Made by a program: the position numbers and the translations under genes. A stretch of DNA of 63,753 nt, counting the filler. It is 8 parts of 8 records of this genome, joined end to end, with 100 filler letters (N's around TTAATTAATTAA, not from the genome) between each part and the next. Parts side by side here need not be neighbours in the genome. Positions count along the whole stretch, not along the records: positions 43,222 to 53,359 come from SRR31147125_29248; positions 53,460 to 58,634 come from SRR31147125_29345; positions 58,735 to 63,753 come from SRR31147125_29632; 5 more parts are not named here. One strand, written 5' to 3'. The notes under the pieces are model-generated. The model saw only the letters and a program-made list of their open reading frames with translations, was not told where the DNA came from and searched no databases. This document shows positions 48,547 to 59,873 of the stretch, one piece after another. Position 1 is the stretch's first letter. Each line of letters starts with the position of its first letter.

Positions 48547-49607
48547 AGACCGGGAAAATGGAGGCGTTAGTACTGAATGGACCCAATAATTTTGAAATCA
48601 GCCAGCTCTCTATTCCGGAACCCGGCCCCCGGGAGGTCCTCTGTCGGATCAAAGCCGTAGCTATATGCGGTTCCGACCCCGGCTTTATCAGCGGAAAGAC
48701 TGCAGGAGTATGGCCGCCCTCTTACCCCTTCACTATCGGTCATGAATGGTCCGGCATTGTAGAAGCCGTGGGTGCGGAAGTACGAATGTGGAAGTCCGGC
48801 GATAGAGTGGTCGGAGAGGCCCACAACGGCTGTGGTCTTTGCCGAAACTGCAAGGAAGGAAATTACAACCTCTGCCTGAACTATAACGACAAGAAATCGG
48901 AACACCGTCACTATGGCCACAAAGACACAGGTTCGCTTTCCGGTTTCGCCCTCTTCAACCAACGAAGCCTTACCCGACTGCCAGAAGGGGTTTCCTTCGA
49001 AGAGGGAGCGGTCATTGACGCGGCGGGAACAGCCCTCCACGTTTCAGAACTGACAGGAATTACCCCGGGCGGCACCGTAACAATCATAGGTCCCGGCCCC
49101 ATAGGTCTAATGACGGCCAAGGTTGCCCGCGCCCTGGGAGCCGCCCGGATCATCGTGATTGGAAGGGGGAAAAGGCTTCAGACAGCAGGAAACCTTGCGG
49201 CGGATTATACCATTGATTTTGAGAATGAAGATGTTATAGAAAAAATAACAGAAATCACGGAAGGCTCTATGTCCGATGAAGTTTTCGAATGTTCCGGCGG
49301 AAAGGGAACTCTGCAGCAGGCTATTGAGATCGCTAAAAGGGGTGGAAAAGTGGGGATAGTCGGCATCCCCGCTCCGGGGACCTATGAGGAAGTCGACAAT
49401 AAGATGATGATCATAAAGGAAGTCTCGGTTCACGGCTCCCGGGCCAATCCCAATGTGAGTGCAAAACTCCTTTCATTAATTCGCAGCGGACAGCTTGATT
49501 TCAAGGACATTATCACCCATAGCTTTCCTCTCAAAGATTTTGGACAAGCACTGGATGTATTTCTCAACAGAAAAACAGGAGCATTGAAGGTGATAATAGT
49601 ACCCTGA
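48543..49607 (+). CDS. Zn-dependent dehydrogenase (sorbitol/inosose dehydrogenase-like)
   Basis: AICGSD, GHEWSG, CGLCRNC..C, GPGPIG. Confidence 0.9.
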   Translation: MKTGKMEALVLNGPNNFEISQLSIPEPGPREVLCRIKAVAICGSDPGFISGKTAGVWPPSYPFTIGHEWSGIVEAVGAEVRMWKSGDRVVGEAHNGCGLCRNCKEGNYNLCLNYNDKKSEHRHYGHKDTGSLSGFALFNQRSLTRLPEGVSFEEGAVIDAAGTALHVSELTGITPGGTVTIIGPGPIGLMTAKVARALGAARIIVIGRGKRLQTAGNLAADYTIDFENEDVIEKITEITEGSMSDEVFECSGGKGTLQQAIEIAKRGGKVGIVGIPAPGTYEEVDNKMMIIKEVSVHGSRANPNVSAKLLSLIRSGQLDFKDIITHSFPLKDFGQALDVFLNRKTGALKVIIVP

Positions 49608-49825
49608 TAAACTAGAAAAAGAGAGTTCAGGCCTGCACTTCTGAGATCGGAGCCACGGGGGTTTTGAAAAAGCCCTCTCCTCTGACCCCGGAAAGCCATC
49701 TCGACGGGGTCTGGCCGAACTTCTTCTCAGGCATTTTTAAACAGGACAAAGAACTCTTAGAATTGTTCCGCTGTTACATCACCGGGCCTTAAAAATACAA
49801 AGGACTGGAAGCGAAAGTATTCACC

Positions 49826-51385
49826 CTAATCCGAATCAGCGGCGGATGAAGCCAGGCGGAAGCCGATGTGGTTGCCCTCACCGTCCGGGCTAACGCCGTT
49901 GCTCCGATAGGCTACCCGACAGTAGGACGCCGAATGGAACCAGCCGCCGCCCCGCAGCAACCGGGACGAGCCGGAGGCGGGCCCTGTAGGGTCAGATTCT
50001 GCATCACTTGCATAACTTCCATACCAGTCCCAGCACCACTCCCAGACATTCCCGGTCATATCATAGAGCCCCAGTTCATTCGCCTGCTTTGTACCGACCG
50101 TCTTCGTGTCGCCGCCGCTGTTATCGGAATACCAGGCCACATCATCAACCGTGCTGCTCCCCGCGTATTTCCCGCTGTCCGTGTCGCTGCCGCCGCCTTT
50201 GGCAGCGTACTCCCACTCCGCCTCGGTGGGCAGACGATAGCCGTCGGCCGTGCTGTCCCAGACGGCATTGTCGCAGGCCGAGGCATTGGTGTCGAAAGAG
50301 TCCCGTATAACGGCAGAATCATAATTGTAAACAGGGGTTCGATCATTGTACTCACTGGCAGCGTTGCACCAGACCATCACATCCCGCCAGTTAATGGTTG
50401 TTACAGGTTCATCCATCGTATCGCCGCCGGAAATCCCGCCATCCCCCGCCACCCCGGAATTGGAAAAGGTGTAACCGTTGGATACCGCCCAGTCGTAGAT
50501 CTCATCCCAGGTCTCATAGGTTACCTCGGTCTCGGCCAGATAAAAATCCGACACCGTCACACTATGGGTTGGTGTCTCATCCGAATCGCCATCGCCCCAG
50601 GTGTCTCCCATGGTAAAGGTTCCGCCGGTTATGGAGAGCATGGTTATACTCGGAGAAGAAAAAGGAGGAGCAGTAAAGGTGTAATTTTCACTCGTAAACT
50701 CATCATCGGTATCGTTCACCGCCGTCACCTGCCACCAGACTTCTTCATCGTAGGCCAGTTCCGTGGGGTAGGAATACTCTGAAGCAGTCAGCCCTTCTTC
50801 GGCGTCTGCACCAGAGAGATCGGCTTCGGTACCGGCGTATTTAATGGAATAAGAGACGGCCCCATCAACATCATCCCAGTCCAGGGTCGGGGTGGGACTG
50901 CCGGCCGTTCCACCGTCGGCCGGGCTGAGGCCCGTCAGAGTCAGGGTTCCGCCTATCATCAGGCTGAAAACATCACTCCAGGGAGTATAGGAGCCGTTTT
51001 CATTATAAACAATCACCTGCCAGCAAAAAGTATTCCAGTCGGATACTGCCGTTAAAACCTGATATTCAGATTCTATAGCCCCATTTTCGCTGGCCGTTTC
51101 CAGTCCGGCTTCGGTCTCGGCGTATTTAACTCGATAAAACCCTATACCTTCCAAATCATCCCACTCCAGAAGCGGGGTTGTGTCTATCGTGGAAGCCGCA
51201 TCTGCCGGACTGATACCCGTGAGCTCCAATACCGCATCCTCCGAGATCTCCTCCTCCGGACCGTAAACAGGGTAGCCCTGGTAGAAGTCTCCGTCGGCCC
51301 CGGCGTCCACCGGATTTTCATAGGGGTAGGAGCAGCTGAAAAGAAGGATCGAAATTATCAATAAAAGGATTGCATTCTTTTTCAT
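49826..51385 (-). CDS. Lipoprotein with two Fn3/Ig-like repeats and a C-terminal FGE-sulfatase (SUMF1-like) domain
   Basis: Lipobox LFSC; two SPAD..TPxLxWDD repeats; GGTFTMG, YRLPTEAEWEYAA, GLYDMTGNVWEW, RGGxW..GFRL. Confidence 0.88.
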   Translation of the reverse strand: MKKNAILLLIISILLFSCSYPYENPVDAGADGDFYQGYPVYGPEEEISEDAVLELTGISPADAASTIDTTPLLEWDDLEGIGFYRVKYAETEAGLETASENGAIESEYQVLTAVSDWNTFCWQVIVYNENGSYTPWSDVFSLMIGGTLTLTGLSPADGGTAGSPTPTLDWDDVDGAVSYSIKYAGTEADLSGADAEEGLTASEYSYPTELAYDEEVWWQVTAVNDTDDEFTSENYTFTAPPFSSPSITMLSITGGTFTMGDTWGDGDSDETPTHSVTVSDFYLAETEVTYETWDEIYDWAVSNGYTFSNSGVAGDGGISGGDTMDEPVTTINWRDVMVWCNAASEYNDRTPVYNYDSAVIRDSFDTNASACDNAVWDSTADGYRLPTEAEWEYAAKGGGSDTDSGKYAGSSTVDDVAWYSDNSGGDTKTVGTKQANELGLYDMTGNVWEWCWDWYGSYASDAESDPTGPASGSSRLLRGGGWFHSASYCRVAYRSNGVSPDGEGNHIGFRLASSAADSD

Positions 51386-51386
51386 C

Positions 51387-53291
51387 TTAAATCCCCTCCT
51401 GCAGGGCTGCCAGCTCCCCGGATCGGAGAGTCCGCTCTTCTTCCCAGACGGGGATCTTCCTGGTGTTTACGGGGATCAGAAAGCCTGCCAGAGCCCCTAC
51501 TCCCCCGCCGATAAGACCTCCTGTCTGGAGTACAGAGTAAAGATCCAGTTTTTCCCGGGAAGCGGCGGCAGTCTGTGTTGTTAAGGCGCTCTCGTAGGTT
51601 TCAAACTCAGCCGCTCCCAGAAAGTAGGCCGTACCCGAAAGAGCGAAACCCACAGCCCCGACGGCAAAAGCGGCAATTTTTCCGGCCCACATCTGGGGCG
51701 TCCCACTTTCAGCGGCGTCGATCTTCGCGGTCAGCTCGTCGATCCGCTCCTGGAGGGCTTCTATTAAAAAGCCGTCGGTCAGTTCGGCTGTCTGTACTAA
51801 AAGAGAGGACATTTCTCCCATCTCTTCTTTAATCGCTTGTATATTATCTATGGTTTCCGGTAGATCAATTTGCCCGGCTTCAAAGTCGGATACGATCCTA
51901 TCGAGTCTGGCCTCATACCAACCGCCCCGCGCCTCCAATACCATGGTCTCCAGCTCCTGAAGAAGCATGGGAAAGGAGTCCCCCTCCTTTTCCACAAAAG
52001 CGTAAAGAGCTTCGGTGTCCTTAAGGAGAGAAGCCCAGCCGGCGATGTTGCCGTGCCCCAGAGCCACCATTCGCGCCTTCAATGTATCCCTCTGCTCTTC
52101 AATATCCTTCAGGGCTGATAATTTAGCGCTCTCCCGCACTTCCTGAAGATACGCTTCCGTGTGACTTAAAGCAGGTATCAGTAGAACCGATTCTCCCCTT
52201 GTCAGTGAGAACTCCTCATCAAGACTGATATAGTTATCACCCCTGTAGGAAACGGTATAGCTGCCCGCCGGCAAGCCGGTCTCCCCGCTGCCCCGCAGAC
52301 TTCTCTCAATACCTCGGCCCGTCACCTGTGCTACGGCCCCTGAGGGGATCTCGAACCGGACGGTTCCGGAGGCCCGGGGATAGGCTTCCACCGTGACGGT
52401 CTGGCCCTCTGTAATTGCAGCCTCTCCTTCCCAGAAAAGACCATCTCCCTCGAGTCTCAGACGATGGTCACCGACGGGAAGCTCCTTGAAAAGTCCTGTC
52501 CCCAGAGAGCCCAGGGAGCGGTCGTCCAGAAAGACCTCGACATCCTTCTCCGTACTCTTGATAAAGAGTCTCCCGAGAGAGACCTTCAACTCCAGATAGG
52601 CCTCCATCAGTTCCGAAGTTTCCAGTTGCAGAACCTCTTCAGCGGCCAGATTATCCTTCCTGGCATTGATGACCACCTGCCCCAGAGGAATCTTGGATAC
52701 GACCAGCGGGCTGGTCCCCCGGCGCATGCCGTTGACAAAGATTTCCGCCCCTTCCGGTTCGGTAAGGACAAAAACCTCGCCGAAGGCTTCGGCTATTCTC
52801 TCTCCGCTCCCTTCGGAATAGGTCAGACCCGCAAGCTTGTAGGCCAGAAGATTGATAGCAGTATCGGTCATCTCCTCGATGCTGCTTGTGGAAACGGAGT
52901 CGGCATTCACATTCTTCCCCAGGGCGACATCGATGACCTTGGCAGTAACGATATAGCGGCTGCCTACCCGGGAGAGCTCCCCCAGGATAATCAGCTCGGC
53001 GGCTAAAAGCTGGCCGACCTCGACGGCACAGCTGTCATCGGTACAGCCGGAAAGAGAAAAAGCCTGGGCCTCGAGGATCTCCGTAATCTGGGTCTGTTCA
53101 ATAACGTTGTAGACATCGGTCTTGACCATGGCGGTCTCGAAGAGGGAAGAGACAACCCGGGCTTCGGATTCCGGGGCTTCCACTGCCGTAAAAGGGATGA
53201 TAGCCACCCGGGAGCGCTCCTGGGCCGACAAAGGCAGTGCGACAAAGATAAACGCCAAAAATAGAAAGGAAGAAACAAAAGCATTTTTCAT
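51387..53291 (-). CDS. CsgG/TolB-N-like + PEGA domain membrane protein
   Basis: VAIIPF..VIE..EQAF-like..GCTDDSCAVEVGQLL; PEGA motif TEPEGAEIFVNG..GTSP; C-terminal TM helices. Confidence 0.8.
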   Translation of the reverse strand: MKNAFVSSFLFLAFIFVALPLSAQERSRVAIIPFTAVEAPESEARVVSSLFETAMVKTDVYNVIEQTQITEILEAQAFSLSGCTDDSCAVEVGQLLAAELIILGELSRVGSRYIVTAKVIDVALGKNVNADSVSTSSIEEMTDTAINLLAYKLAGLTYSEGSGERIAEAFGEVFVLTEPEGAEIFVNGMRRGTSPLVVSKIPLGQVVINARKDNLAAEEVLQLETSELMEAYLELKVSLGRLFIKSTEKDVEVFLDDRSLGSLGTGLFKELPVGDHRLRLEGDGLFWEGEAAITEGQTVTVEAYPRASGTVRFEIPSGAVAQVTGRGIERSLRGSGETGLPAGSYTVSYRGDNYISLDEEFSLTRGESVLLIPALSHTEAYLQEVRESAKLSALKDIEEQRDTLKARMVALGHGNIAGWASLLKDTEALYAFVEKEGDSFPMLLQELETMVLEARGGWYEARLDRIVSDFEAGQIDLPETIDNIQAIKEEMGEMSSLLVQTAELTDGFLIEALQERIDELTAKIDAAESGTPQMWAGKIAAFAVGAVGFALSGTAYFLGAAEFETYESALTTQTAAASREKLDLYSVLQTGGLIGGGVGALAGFLIPVNTRKIPVWEEERTLRSGELAALQEGI

Positions 53292-53459
53292 ATACTATCC
53301 TTGTTTTCTATTGTTACTTTACATTTTAGTCTACACCCCCGAGGGTACGCAAGTTTTTTNNNNNNNNNNNNNNNNNNNNNNNNNNNNNNNNNNNNNNNNN
53401 NNNTTAATTAATTAANNNNNNNNNNNNNNNNNNNNNNNNNNNNNNNNNNNNNNNNNNNN

Positions 53460-56400
53460 TGCTTCGGCTGGTGGTACTCAAACTATTTGTCCAGATGACA
53501 TGGCAACAGTTTCCGGAGCTTCAGCTGCTAATGGAACCATCCTCTGGACTCATGATGGTTCCGGATCAATCTCAGGCTCAACTACATTAACTCCTACTTA
53601 TACTGCGGACATGTCAGATGCTGGTTCTACTGTGACCCTTACAATGACTGTAACTAGCAACAATACCTGTAACCCTGAAACTGCTTCTGATATCTACGCC
53701 ATTAATATTTATGATTTACCAACAGTGGACAATCCCGGAGAACAAACTTATTGCCAACTAGAAACTACAAGTGCTATTCTATTAACAGGTCTCCCCTCTG
53801 GAGTAGTTTTCGATATAAGCGGAGGAAGCTCAATTGGAATTGCCGATGCAACAGATGTAACTGAAATCCCTTCATTCCTGGCCATCACAGCAGGCTCTGC
53901 TACATTAAGCATTACTCCAAAAGCAAATGGATGTACCGGAACACCCATTAATGTAGTTTATAACATCACAGAAATACCGTTGCCGCAAACAAATCCTAGC
54001 ACGCGTACAATATGCTCTGGGGGAAGTACTAATATCATACTAGGTAGCACAACAACTGGAACAACTTTCACACGGGTTGTTACCAGTGCCGATGCTGGCA
54101 TTATCGGTGCAAGCGATGATACCGGGAATCATATTGATCAGGTTTTAGAAAACAATAGTGGGACAACAGGAACAGTCACTTACCAAATTACAGCACAAGC
54201 CAATTCATGTGCTGGAGGAAGTATACCTCTAACAATTACTGTTCATCCTAAAGTGACAGTTGTTATTGATAATCCAGCTACAGTTTGTTCTCCCTCAACA
54301 GTAGATCTAACTGATCCGACCATAACTTCAGGATCCTCTTCAGGTATAAATTACACTTACTGGACAGATGCTTCTGCAACTAACCAACATACCAATCCCA
54401 CAACTGCAACAGCAGGAACTTATTACATAAAAGGGACTGATCCAGCTACTTCATGTTATGATATTCAACCTGTAGTTGTTAATGTTTCTTCAACTCCAAC
54501 AGTTGTTATTACTAATCCAGCTTCAGTTTGTTCACCTGCTACAGTTGATCTAACAGCCAGTGCAATTACAGCTGGCTCAACTCCTGGCTTAACATACACC
54601 TTCTGGACTGACCCAACTGCAACTACCTCATATTCAACCCCAACAACAGCAGGAGACGACACATATTATATTAAAGGAGAAACTCCTGACGGCTGTTTTG
54701 ACATACAAGCTGTTACTGCTACAGTACTTACAACTCTTGGCACACCCGTATTTAGTGCAGGAACCTCATCAACAGCATGCAAAGGTGATTCTCCAGAAAC
54801 TTATTCAGCAACAGCATCAAATGCTACAAGCTTGATCTACTCTTTAGATGCAATAAGCTTGGCGGGAGGCAATACAATCAACTCAAGTACCGGAGAGGTT
54901 ACATTCGACCCTAACTATACGGGCTCTATGACTATTACTGCAACAGCAAACGGATGCGGTGCTCCTGTGCAGGCAATTCATACAATCACAATTTTTGATC
55001 CTCCGACAGTCTCCCTGTCAACATCTGACACTGAACTTTGTGGGGCAGGTGACTTTACTCTTACTTCTACTAGCTCAGGGGGGTCTACTCTTGAAGAATA
55101 TTCAGGATCATCAGGAATAATCAATATGACAATTCCTGATTATAATAATTCTTCATATTCTTATCCTTCAATAAATATATCAGGTAGTGGTGGTGCTACT
55201 TTATCTCCTTCAGATATTGTTATAGTAACGATAAACCTAACAATAACAAGGGATAGGGATTTAGATTTTTTTCTTGTAGACCCAACTGGAACTAGAGCAA
55301 TGTTGCTTTCTTCAGATAACGGAAGCTGGGGAGATGACTATACAAATACAGTCTTCCGAACAGATGCCAGCACTCCTATTTCGAGTGGCAGCAGTCCTTT
55401 CAATGGCACCTATTTACCTGAAGGTTCTATCACAACTGCACCAGACAGAAGCGGTGCCAGAGGTGGTCTAACATACAATTCCGTAATCCCTGCAAATTCA
55501 CTTGATGGAGCAACTATTGACGGCAACTGGACATTACGCATTTTTGATGATGAATCAGACAGGACTGCTAATTTAATTAATTGGTCATTAGAAATTAATA
55601 AAATAATAGGAAGTGGTTTTACGACAGTTTTCAACGGACCTGGCACAATAGGTCCCGTTACATATTCTGGCTCAAACAACTCAACCGCTACAGTAAATGT
55701 ATCTGCCCCTATTGGGACGCACAGCTATACAGCTACGACTACAGATGCCAATGGATGTTCAACTACGTCAACTCCTGTTACTGTAACAGTTCATGATAGC
55801 CCTAATGCCAGTATTTCTGCTGACTACTGTACCGCTGCTCCAAAAATCAGACTTACGACGACAGCTGGGTTTGCCTCTTACGACTGGGAACCCCTTCCTT
55901 TAGGAGAAACTGATGGCAATAATTATATCGACATTGAAATTGCCGGGATTTACAGTGTTTCGGTTACAGATGCCAATGGCTGCACAGGTACTGCATCAAT
56001 AAATGTTTCAAATGAATACGTAACAAATGGAAGCTTCACATTGGGAAATACTGGATTTACAACACCTGCAACAGGTGGAAATCAATATACATATGTTACT
56101 AACAATCCAAGTGAAAACGATGAATTATGGCCTGAAGGATTATATGGGATTGGAAATGATGCCAATGATTACCATGGCAATTTTTGGGGTTTCGATCATA
56201 CTGATGGAAGTGGAAGTTTCATGATCGTTAATGGTTTCCCAGGTGCTCCACAGCCAACTGTGTGGGAACAAGTAATTACAGGACTTCAGCCTAATACGAC
56301 ATATTACTTTTCTGCATGGGCAATTAGCCTGAACAGTGCAGGTAATGATGCTCAGCTTCGATTTAGTATTAACGGTAGCCAATTGGGTACTATTGCTGAC

Positions 56401-58578
56401 CTCACAACCATTCCTGGCGTAAGCAATAACTCAAATTCGTGGCAACCGGAAGGTCGTTTTTATGGAACATGGAATTCGGGTGCTAGCACTTCTGCGACTC
56501 TTTCAATTGTTGACCTTCAAACTGCTCCCGGAGGTAATGATTTTGGGTTAGATGATATTTCGTTTGGAATTCTTGATCCATCCCCTGCTGAAATTGATTC
56601 TATTACTGTCAATGAAGAAGTTTGTTCAGGAGACAATATAGAATTCAACTCATATATTAGTGGAGGTAAAGAACCCATTACTTACCTCTGGACAGGTCCA
56701 AATGGTTTCTCATCCACTGATGCGAATCCTATCATCACACCCGTTGATCCTTCCTACCCCGGGACTGGAAGCCACACTTATACGTTAACTGTTGGTGACT
56801 GGTATGGTTGTTCAATCGATCCAAAATCCGTTACGCTTACAATGTATGCACAGCCCACATCTGATGCAGGCGAGAATCAGACAGTATGTTCTGATAGCCC
56901 TGAAATAACACTAAATGGGACAATTGGAGGAGCTGCCTCTTCTTCAACCTGGTCAAGTAATGGAACTGGAACTTTTAATAATCCATCATCTTTAACATCA
57001 ATCTATACTCCTAGTGCAAATGATATTGCTAATGGAGGGGTTACACTTAGCCTAACTACTGACGATCCAACAGGTCCATGCTCTGAGACAGTTAGCACAA
57101 TGATCCTAACGATCAATCCATCACCTGTTATAGCAATTGACATTACTATCCCAAGCTGTACTGGAAACAGCAATGGTCAGGCAACAGCTAATGTTACAAG
57201 TGGAACATCTCCATTTACTTATTTGTGGAGTGACGGTCAAACAACACAAACAGCAATAAACCTTAATGACGGTACTTATTCTGTTACAGTAACCGATGCT
57301 CTTGGATGTACTGTTACATCTGCAGATTTTGATATAGTTGAACCTGAACTATTGCTTATACAAAATCCATCCTACATTTCCACACCTCCAAGTTGTTACG
57401 GAGGATCTGACGGTACTGCTACGATTCAAGTAGATGGAGGAACCCCACCATACAAATTCAACTGGCTTGATGCTCCCGGCAGTCAAACCACTCAAACCGC
57501 AACGGGATTATCTGATGGAATATACTGGTTCACTGTTACTGATGCCAACGATTGTAATATGCAAACAGGATTTGCTGTTGTAATTGAGCCAGGAGATACA
57601 GAATTAACTTGTCCATTGCCGCCAACGCCAGTTCAAACAGCACCACTAGCAACATCTGCCGATGTAAACCTAACTGATCCGATTTATGATCCGAGCTGCC
57701 AGAGTATTACATGGACGATGAATGGTGCAAATGTTGTTTCAACACCAACTGCAGGCTTTGTCCCATCTCCATACAACTTTAACGTTGGAACTACAACAAT
57801 TGAATACACAGTAACCAATACTGCCAGTGAAACGCAGACTTGTACATATGATGTTGTGGTTCTTCCCAATGACCCACCAGATATCTCATGCGTTGATCCT
57901 GCTACAAATAACACGAACACTGATGTATGCACAGCGGACTTGAGCATTGGACTTCCAACTGTAAATACAGGAGATAATATAAGCTGGAGTTGGGAAATGA
58001 CTGGAGCCACAATAGCAACTGGAGCTGGCTCTATTCCTGACCCATACACATTTAATGTGGACACAACTTACATCGAATGGACAGCCACAAATATTAGTGG
58101 AACAGATGTTTGTACCCAAATGATTATCGTTATCGATAATCAACTTCCAACATTTACTGTTCCTGCACCCCTTGAAGAATGTGTGGAGTTAATTAACCAA
58201 GCTATATTTTATGCACCTACTACAGATATTAACCCAGATAGACCGGAGTACTTTACATTTACTTCCGGTAGCACAGAACTTGATCTAAACCCACTCAACT
58301 TTGCAGATAATTGCGATTTGAGTTGTGGTACTGAAATACGCTGGAGGATTGATTTTGATGATGGAACTGCCCTTCCTTCAACAGATCCGACCACTTTTGA
58401 AATTGGTCAACCCTCAAGCTACGGTAGCGACATCCAGTTTTTAGGTGATGGAGTAACTTTTGCCAATGTAACCCATACCATCACCTTCTGGATTGTCGAT
58501 TGCCATGGAAATGTTTCCAATCCTCAGCAAACTACGTTAACAGTCACACCAAGACCAAGAATCACAAAACAAAACTAA
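53460..58578 (+). CDS. Giant Ig-like repeat surface protein/adhesin (PKD-like, P-domain, SprB and HYR-like repeats), 5' truncated
   Basis: Open frame from the contig edge, Thr/Ser-rich. TVTDANGC and GGTPPY..W..GQTT..GL..GxY SprB motifs; DLDxxLxxPxG..GxWTLxIxD P-domain; FNVGTTTIxY HYR-like. Confidence 0.85.
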
Positions 58579-58734
58579 TTGCCTATGAAAAATTAGCCCC
58601 TTTATCCTTTGCCATATAGGAAGCCCAAAAAGGGNNNNNNNNNNNNNNNNNNNNNNNNNNNNNNNNNNNNNNNNNNNNTTAATTAATTAANNNNNNNNNN
58701 NNNNNNNNNNNNNNNNNNNNNNNNNNNNNNNNNN

Positions 58735-59417
58735 GCTGTTGATGTGCTTAATCCGCTTCCCCTGGGGTAGCCAGAAAAGTTAAATTGCCCACCTTTATAC
58801 TCGATTAATGGCGCAATGGCAACATTCGATACATATCCCTTCATATCACCCATTATGTAGGGAACATCTGTCCAACCTCCGGCAAAGTCTATGCGTAAGG
58901 GGGCACGGTATTTAAAGTTAATTTTGTCGAAAATACGTGTTGTTGAAGTAGCCTCCAGTTCCGGGGGAACATCACGCGACACAAATTCTATTTTAGTTCC
59001 TGTTGTATCGCAAAGGGCTTTCTTTTCTTTAACTGCCGAGTCGTCATCATTAAGTATGAAAACATCTGGCTTAAGAGCTTGCATTACATCTTTAAAATCA
59101 ATTTTTCCTTTTTCAATGGTTTCTCCATTAAGTGTTGCATAATCCACATCCTGCATAGAGGCAACCAGATAAACCCTGTTATTTTCCGGGTTAACAGGTC
59201 GGCTCGGCCCTTTTAATTCCCTGATAACACTATCTCGCCCAACTCCAACTACTAACAAGTCCCCATAAGCTCTACACTGATTAAAAAACACAGCATGTCC
59301 TGACTGCAAAATATCGTAACATCCCGTGCAGAATACAATCTTTTTATCTTTATTCTTTTCTCTAAGTGATTTAAGTGAATCTAATGAAAGAACTTTTGAT
59401 CTAATTGTTTCGAACAT
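58735..59417 (-). CDS. Cytidylyltransferase (RfaE domain II-like) fused to a GHMP sugar kinase, 3' truncated
   Basis: GCYDILxxGH..LVVGVxxD..KGxxRP..STT, then APLRIDFAGGWTD and PRGSGLSTS. Confidence 0.8.
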
Positions 59418-59768
59418 ATTTTAGTAAGTTTTATTTCTAATGAAAATATTTTATAAATATAGAGTATTATGCCCCGAATAGAACAATTTTCAATTGAATT
59501 TTACGCGAACCTTTGAATGTAAATAATGGAACTTTAAAGTTGTTTGATTAACGTACAAAAAACGAATATTTAACTTCTGGCAAATCAGTCGAATAAATCT
59601 CCTCCCGCAGTTTTAAACAACTTAAAATTCAGACAATCAATCGAATAAAATATTTTTGTTAAAAAAGTTGAAAGTTATTTTTAACCTGTCTAACTTTGTA
59701 AAAAGGACAAAATTTCCTGGTTGATTTTCTGATCTGCATATCTAAAAATGACTATTTCATGCTCAACA

Positions 59769-59816
59769 CCCTTCGACATGTCCGAGGTGACGGTCAGGCT
59801 GAGCAGAGTCGAAGCC
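59769..59816 (+). repeat. REP-like doublet
   Basis: CCCTTCGAC..GAGGTGAC-GGTCAGGCTGAGCAGAGTCGAAGCC, a pair of inverted TTCGAC/GTCGAA units. Confidence 0.45.
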
Positions 59817-59873
59817 CAGCCAGGTTAATTGTTGATGAAACTCAAATTTTTAGGTGATTAAAATTTAAAAGAA

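Noticed and set aside
49608-49970. Diversity-generating retroelement at the FGE-sulfatase gene
   Set aside because: No template repeat, reverse transcriptase or Avd gene in the contig; kept only as a low-interest remote-target idea.
49868-50782. Long antisense ORFs (e.g. 49868-50782, 18382-19065, 30550-31140)
   Set aside because: Shadow ORFs opposite well-supported genes in GC-rich sequence, with no motifs or SD.
12988-58734. Recurring TTAATTAATTAA within N-runs, and ORFs running into them
   Set aside because: Artificial contig linkers. They are not biological repeats, and cross-gap gene neighbourhoods are meaningless.
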